Assembly: GCA_937934295.1 (NCBI GenBank)
Contig: CALHAI010000013.1
Span: 5,865 to 69,864 of the forward strand
Source: an uncultured Blastocatellia bacterium
GTDB lineage: Bacteria > Acidobacteriota > Blastocatellia > HR10
Reading direction: 5' to 3'
Length of the DNA: 64,000 nt
Within the stretch, counting starts at the first letter, position 1; each line of letters starts with the position of its first letter. Shown in pieces: positions 59,046 to 64,000 of the stretch. The notes under the pieces are model-generated. The model ran no database searches, was not told the origin of the DNA, and saw only the letters and a list, made by a program, of their open reading frames with translations. The translations under genes were made by a program, and so were the position numbers.

Positions 59046-60922
59046 CGCACCTCCTCCCAGCGCAGGATCTTATCCAGGTGCTCCAGGTAAGCCTTTTGCT
59101 TCTTCTCATACTCCGCCGAGACGGCCTTGAGCTTCGGGTCAATGATCCAGTGCATGATCGCTGTCAGCAGGATGCCCACGATGAAGACCAACACGCCACC
59201 CTTCGTCTGAAGGAGCACGAGTGCGACGCCGAGCATCAGGGCTATGTACGCGAGCGGAGAGATGAGGATGGTCAGCCAATCCTCGCGCGTCCACTCCTCG
59301 GCTTCTTCGGCCGACCACTCGCGCTTAAGCAGCGAATGGCGCGTCACGTTGCGCGGGGGGATCAAGCCCAAGCGCTCGGCCTCCGCGCGCACAGGCCCCC
59401 ACCAGCCGATGGGGCGCGACATGACGTAGTAGCGCACGAGTTGTCGCATGTCCTCGGGCGGCGTCAGATACGTCACCGGCACATAGACGAGTGCTCCCAA
59501 TCCCATCAGGATCCAGAATTGCAAATAATCAGGCAGGTTCGGGAACACGCCGAAAGCCGGCAGGACCCAGACGATGAGCCAGCTCAGACCCAGATTCGCG
59601 ATCCACGAGATCAAATACCCCCACGCGTTAAAGCGCCACCAGACGACCTGCAAGATGTTAGGCAGCCAGACGCCCGCGGCCATAATCCAAAGGGCGAAGA
59701 TGAGCCATTTCGTGATTTCCTTCATCATCAGGCCATAGAAGAACGAGCCGATGAGTACCAGAAGCGTCGAGATCCGTCCCACCCAAACGAGTTCGCGTTC
59801 GGAGGCCTGCGGCCGGATATAGTGGTGATAGAGGTCGCGCGTCGCATACACGGCACCCAGGTTCAAGTGCGAGGCGATCGTCGAGAGATGAATAGCGACG
59901 ATCGCCGCGAAGAAAAAGCCCAGCATCCCCCCGGGAAGGAATTCCAACCCCAAGCGGTACCACCCCAGTTCGTATTGGGCGCGATCGGGGATGTTCGGAT
60001 AAAGGACGTAGAAGCCCAAAATGGCGACAGCCCAGAGCGCATTCCGCGTGAGCACAAGCATCGTCCCCCACCAAATTGAGTATGCCGCATCGCGAACGGT
60101 TCGAGCCGATTGAATCCGTTGCGCCTCAACATACCAATCAATGGCCGTGCCCATGCCGAACCCCCCGATGATGGCGATCACCAGCATCGTCGCGAACCAC
60201 GCGATGGGAAAATCGCCCGAGAATAGGCCCGTGAACGCGAAGGGATCGGTGCGCCACCCTTCGCCCATTGCCCGAAGCTTCGAGAGGATCCCCTGTGGCC
60301 CCCCAGCCTCGAAGATCCCCCAGAAGGAGACGATCAGAATCGCGATGAAGGCGATGATGCCCTGCTGGAAATCGGCCATGACGACTCCCCAGTATCCGGC
60401 CGCCAGGACGTAGACGGCGCAGACGGTCGAAAACAGCACCAGGCCGACCCAATCCGGCCAGCCGAAGATCAGGTGACAGAGCTTCCCCATCGCGATGCCG
60501 ACCCAACCGAGGATGAACATGTTCATGAAGACCATCCAACCGGCGATCCATCCGCGCAGGAGTTCGCTGCCCAGCCCACTGAAGCGTAAGCTCTGCCATT
60601 CGGCTTGACTATAGGCAAGCGAGCGGCGGAAGATGCGTGCGCTGACGAAGGCGCTGATGGCGCACCAGGCGGAAAAGAATGTGTACCAGAGGCCGCGCAA
60701 GCCGTGCTGGTAGACGATGCCGGTGACCCACATCGGGGTGTCCGTGGCCGTATGCGTCGCATAGACTGAGGTGGCCGGCAGCCACCACGGCAGGCCTCGC
60801 CCGGCCAGGAAGAAATCCGCCTCCGAGCGCTTGCCCAAGCGATAAAAGAGCGCGCCGCATCCTACCATCAACAGCAAGTACACCAGAACCCATACCCAAT
60901 CGAGCGTCGTGAAGCGCACCAT
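59042..60922 (-). CDS. sodium:solute symporter (SSS) family transporter
   Basis: Thirteen or more TM helices. SEADFFLAGRGLPWW matches the SSS N-terminal signature. 626 aa. Confidence 0.7.
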   Translation of the reverse strand: MVRFTTLDWVWVLVYLLLMVGCGALFYRLGKRSEADFFLAGRGLPWWLPATSVYATHTATDTPMWVTGIVYQHGLRGLWYTFFSAWCAISAFVSARIFRRSLAYSQAEWQSLRFSGLGSELLRGWIAGWMVFMNMFILGWVGIAMGKLCHLIFGWPDWVGLVLFSTVCAVYVLAAGYWGVVMADFQQGIIAFIAILIVSFWGIFEAGGPQGILSKLRAMGEGWRTDPFAFTGLFSGDFPIAWFATMLVIAIIGGFGMGTAIDWYVEAQRIQSARTVRDAAYSIWWGTMLVLTRNALWAVAILGFYVLYPNIPDRAQYELGWYRLGLEFLPGGMLGFFFAAIVAIHLSTIASHLNLGAVYATRDLYHHYIRPQASERELVWVGRISTLLVLIGSFFYGLMMKEITKWLIFALWIMAAGVWLPNILQVVWWRFNAWGYLISWIANLGLSWLIVWVLPAFGVFPNLPDYLQFWILMGLGALVYVPVTYLTPPEDMRQLVRYYVMSRPIGWWGPVRAEAERLGLIPPRNVTRHSLLKREWSAEEAEEWTREDWLTILISPLAYIALMLGVALVLLQTKGGVLVFIVGILLTAIMHWIIDPKLKAVSAEYEKKQKAYLEHLDKILRWEEVR

Positions 60923-61129
60923 AGGACTTCATCCCCCCCTCGTTTTCGCCATGAGCATCGCGTGTGCCCTATATCGCCCCAGGCGAAGTCAACTTCGCTT
61001 CGCTCGGGAGCTGAGGCCAAAAACTGAAGCCGTCATTATAGCACTTCGCCCTCAAGGGAAGAAACCCGGTGGCGGCTGGCTTTCCGCTCGCCCCTCCTCG
61101 TACACTGAGAAAGACAAGGAGAGGAACCG

Positions 61130-61648
61130 GTGCCTCGGGCAAGGACTCATGACGCGATCACACTGGCGCTCGCTCCGCCGACGTTTCTGCTCACGCAGGC
61201 GCTCACGGGAAGTCGCGATCTGGCCTGGTTGGTGACGCTCGCGATGCTCTTCTCCGGCTTCCTGTTCAATCCCGATCTGGACATTCGGAGTAAGCCCTAC
61301 GCCCGCTGGGGCCCATTTCGTTTCCTCTGGTGGCCGTATCAAGTACTCGTCCGCCATCGCTCGCAGCTCTCGCATGGACTCTTACTCGGCACATTCATTC
61401 GCACCGTGTATCTCTTGATCATACTCGCCCTTCTCGGCGCAGTGGGAATCCTCCTTTGGCACGCGCTTCAAGAGCAGTCCGGAAGCGAAAGCGCGCGTCA
61501 GGCCCTGGCTTTGCTGAAGCGATGGCTTCTGTCTGTGGAACGCCGATATTGGCTCGCTCTCTTCTTCGGCCTCTGGTGGGGTTCAGCCGCGCATACGTTC
61601 GCTGACTGGCTCGGGAGCCTCTGGACCCAGACCAAACGTCTCCTATGA
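61130..61648 (+). CDS. DUF2227-like putative metal-binding integral membrane protein
   Basis: THDAITLAL...HRSQLSHGLLLGT is a His-rich motif in a 4-TM protein. GTG start behind AAGGAGAGG. Confidence 0.45.
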   Translation: MPRARTHDAITLALAPPTFLLTQALTGSRDLAWLVTLAMLFSGFLFNPDLDIRSKPYARWGPFRFLWWPYQVLVRHRSQLSHGLLLGTFIRTVYLLIILALLGAVGILLWHALQEQSGSESARQALALLKRWLLSVERRYWLALFFGLWWGSAAHTFADWLGSLWTQTKRLL

Positions 61649-61666
61649 GCCGAAAGGGCGGATGGT

Positions 61667-63988
61667 TCAGTTCAGGGCGAGCCGATAAATCACCAACCGC
61701 GAGTCCGCTTTGAGAACCGCCCCCACGAAGACGACACGCCCTCCGATCGCCAGAAGCAGCGGGATAGGCGTCAGCCGCTCTCCTTCCGGCCCAAGCTGCC
61801 GAGCGGCGATGAGCCGTTGGAGCGTCCCCTGCTTCCAGAGATAGAGATTCGGCTCATCGAGCTCGGGACTCAAGAAGACGATCTCCCCCGTCGGAGCCAT
61901 GCTGTGAACTGGCGGAAGCTTGATCGGCACACTCTCGGGCGTCGGATCACCGTCGGCCACCACTTTCACGAGCGATCCGCCTGAGTACAAGAAGAGCGCA
62001 CGCACTTCGCTCCCGCTTGGTTGACTCACCACTCCGATGAAGCTGACAGCCCCTTGAGGATTGATCTGAAGGGAGGAGAAGACCTCCGGCGCGAACGCCC
62101 CGATCTGCAATTCCGAACCGCGGCGGAAAGTTCCCCCAATGGGCGTCGCACCGCCGCTCTCGGCGATCTTCTGGAAGGTATACCCCGTCTGTCGAGGCGT
62201 CGCGAGGACAACCCCCTCCTCGCGCGGTGCGCGCGCGGCGAGGGCGAGTCTCCCATCATCGGCAAGCGCCACATCCATGACGAAGATGGCCTCCGTATTC
62301 CGAATGCGAGGGAGCGAGGTCACATCAATGGTCCGAGAAGGATCAATGCTGTATCTTCCGGTCGTCGGTCGAGCCACCAGCACGAGATTCCGCACGTTCG
62401 CGCCCGTACTCTCGGCGAGGTTCACAACGAACGCGATTTGACCCGCCTCGTTCAAGCTGATGTCGAAGATGTCAACCACAAGCCGACCGAGGACGGCGTC
62501 CCCAGAAGCCACCACCTTTTGGAACGATCCCCCTTGGTGGACGAAAAGCGCCGATCCGTCCTCGATCTCCACCTGGATGGCGATCACTCCCGCATCATTG
62601 ACCGCCGCTTCGGTGACAGAACGAATCTTCATGCCTTCGATCACCTGACCCTGATAGACCACAAGCTCAATGGCTCCCTCTCGAACTCGGAAGAGGTGTC
62701 GGCCTCCGCCCACGTTCCCGATGAAGAATAGATCGCCGTTTCGGCTGGCGATGAGATTCGAGAAGCCAAGGAAGGGACTATCGGAAGGGGCAGACTCGAC
62801 CGGGCCAAGGAGCGTTTCCGAAGACGCCGATCCCGTATGAAGCCGAAGCGAGATGTTCAGTCCGAAGGCAGGTTTGTCGAAGAAACCACTCGGCACCATG
62901 AAGTTCGCGTTCAGGGCGATGGCGATGTGGTCATACACGGCCTGACCTTGGCGGTTGATCGCGTAAGGCGGCAAGTTCTCCTCCGTCTGAGAGGCTCCGG
63001 GAAACTCTTGCGACTGTCGCTGGCTTCCCGCGAAGCGGAGAATCCCTCCGCCGAGGATGGCTCGCGAAGCCGCACCGCAGTAGATCACCCCGCCGTCGCC
63101 GAGTGTCGGCGCTGTGAGAAACTGCACGTTGAAGCCACCGACGTTCTGTCCCGTGCGGATGATCTCCTGAAGACCGCTTCCGACCGTGAAACGATAGAGC
63201 GCGAGGGTCGGATTCTGCTGATTCGGCCGACGAAATGCGCCAATGAAAACGAGATCGCCGCCTGGAGCGAGCGAATTCGGGGAGACGAGGAAAGGCACAG
63301 CGGGGAAGATCGTGTTGACAGGTGGGAGGATGTCCACGAACGTTCCCCCCGAAGTGTTTGGCGCCACATCGCCGATCTTCACGACGCGAATCGCCGAAGC
63401 GCCAGTCTTCACGTAGAGCGCCCGCTCTGCATGATCCAAGAAGGCGATCGCATCCCCTTGTGGGTTCACAGCCTGAAGAGCGAGCGTGACGATGGTCCCC
63501 CCCACGTTGTTCAGATCGCCTTTCCGCACAAGCACCTCATGCGTTCCCTCTGCAGAGCGGAAGATCGCCGCTTCGATGGCCCCTTGCGCCGTGCGTACCA
63601 ACGCCGTGAAGTACGCCTGGCCGTCGCTCGTCAGTCGCGGATTCGAGAAGCTGAGGATCGTTCCGACCGAGGTCGTCGTTCCCGTCTTGAGCACCGTGGC
63701 GATCGTCCCCCTCTCAGCCAAGAACAGCCCGGCACTCGGATATCCCTCCTCGGGCGGTGGTCCCGAAGTCTCTGCCGCAAAGAGTATTTGCCGTCCATCG
63801 TTGAGGGAGAACTCTATAAGACGCGTGAAGACCTCGCCTTCCGGCGTGCGATCCCCAATCTGAACGATCCGCCGTAACTTGCGGGTTATCGCCTCGCGAA
63901 GGAAGATCGCTCCGCGCAGCGTGCCCGACTCTTCGGCGACGGCGAAGGCGACATCCTTCGCTGCATTTATCTGATGCTCACGCAACAC
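61667..63988 (-). CDS. large hypothetical repeat-rich protein, probably extending beyond the window end
   Basis: 773-aa ORF with no signal peptide at the listed M. The reading frame stays open to position 64000. Low-complexity beta-rich repeats (G.I.F...V...GG). Confidence 0.4.
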   Translation of the reverse strand: MLREHQINAAKDVAFAVAEESGTLRGAIFLREAITRKLRRIVQIGDRTPEGEVFTRLIEFSLNDGRQILFAAETSGPPPEEGYPSAGLFLAERGTIATVLKTGTTTSVGTILSFSNPRLTSDGQAYFTALVRTAQGAIEAAIFRSAEGTHEVLVRKGDLNNVGGTIVTLALQAVNPQGDAIAFLDHAERALYVKTGASAIRVVKIGDVAPNTSGGTFVDILPPVNTIFPAVPFLVSPNSLAPGGDLVFIGAFRRPNQQNPTLALYRFTVGSGLQEIIRTGQNVGGFNVQFLTAPTLGDGGVIYCGAASRAILGGGILRFAGSQRQSQEFPGASQTEENLPPYAINRQGQAVYDHIAIALNANFMVPSGFFDKPAFGLNISLRLHTGSASSETLLGPVESAPSDSPFLGFSNLIASRNGDLFFIGNVGGGRHLFRVREGAIELVVYQGQVIEGMKIRSVTEAAVNDAGVIAIQVEIEDGSALFVHQGGSFQKVVASGDAVLGRLVVDIFDISLNEAGQIAFVVNLAESTGANVRNLVLVARPTTGRYSIDPSRTIDVTSLPRIRNTEAIFVMDVALADDGRLALAARAPREEGVVLATPRQTGYTFQKIAESGGATPIGGTFRRGSELQIGAFAPEVFSSLQINPQGAVSFIGVVSQPSGSEVRALFLYSGGSLVKVVADGDPTPESVPIKLPPVHSMAPTGEIVFLSPELDEPNLYLWKQGTLQRLIAARQLGPEGERLTPIPLLLAIGGRVVFVGAVLKADSRLVIYRLALN

Positions 63989-64000
63989 GGGTCCAAGCCA

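Noticed and set aside
58754-60079. 441-aa plus-strand ORF antisense to the SSS transporter and the small-protein region
   Set aside because: Highly charged low-complexity translation. The minus strand carries the transporter plus two translationally coupled small ORFs.

Overview
This is a high-GC (roughly 65-68%), arginine-rich bacterial chromosomal window. The organism is probably diderm, because KDO/LPS genes kdsA and kdsC are present. Both strands are densely coding. I found no rRNA, tRNA, CRISPR array, transposase or integrase. Many long ORFs in the six-frame track are antisense GC artefacts (listed under rejected).

Housekeeping genes: rplM-rpsI; rpsB-tsf-(terminator)-pyrH-frr; accC plus BCCP; kdsA/kdsC; deoC; a CDP-alcohol phosphatidyltransferase; rseP; dacB; a carbamoyltransferase; moeA-moaC; ychF; nrdJ (B12-dependent class II ribonucleotide reductase); yebC; a Fe/Mn superoxide dismutase; hsp20.

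Three accessory-looking modules stand out:
1. A nine-gene, translationally coupled plus-strand operon at 24.1-33.0 kb. It encodes a FabH-like KAS III, a GT1/MGT glycosyltransferase, two GT2 and one GT4 glycosyltransferases, two methyltransferase-fold proteins and two sulfotransferases. I read it as a candidate pathway for a sulfated, methylated glycolipid or glycoconjugate.
2. A respiratory locus at 43.0-51.4 kb. It has a Rieske/cytochrome b (b6f-like) pair, a 9-heme C-terminally anchored cytochrome c, a 5-heme lipoprotein cytochrome c carrying an apparent -1 frameshift, and a PQQ-like propeller. Divergently it has an octaheme HAO-like cytochrome and a GltD/NfnB-like FAD/FeS NAD(P)H oxidoreductase. 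As I recall the literature, this composition resembles anammox-type Rieske/cyt b complexes, here in a different high-GC background.
3. A trio of large secreted beta-propeller proteins at 35.6-43.0 kb around moeA-moaC: an ASPIC/FG-GAP protein with an N-terminal CxxCH motif, an integrin-like FG-GAP protein, and a protein with about 14 NHL repeats.

Other notable items:
- an M1-aminopeptidase homologue with all active-site residues substituted, wedged between kdsA and kdsC;
- an archaeal-type SAM synthetase;
- a stand-alone ClpB-D2-type AAA+ ATPase;
- a zinc-ribbon/GspG-domain membrane protein;
- two small membrane-protein genes absent from the ORF track, translationally coupled to an SSS transporter;
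- a stress operon hsp20-DUF3365(heme)-DUF1858-nrdJ-trmO;
- a 20-bp perfect palindrome.

All functional calls rest on motif recognition from the translated ORFs. No database search was possible, so family names are recollection-based.
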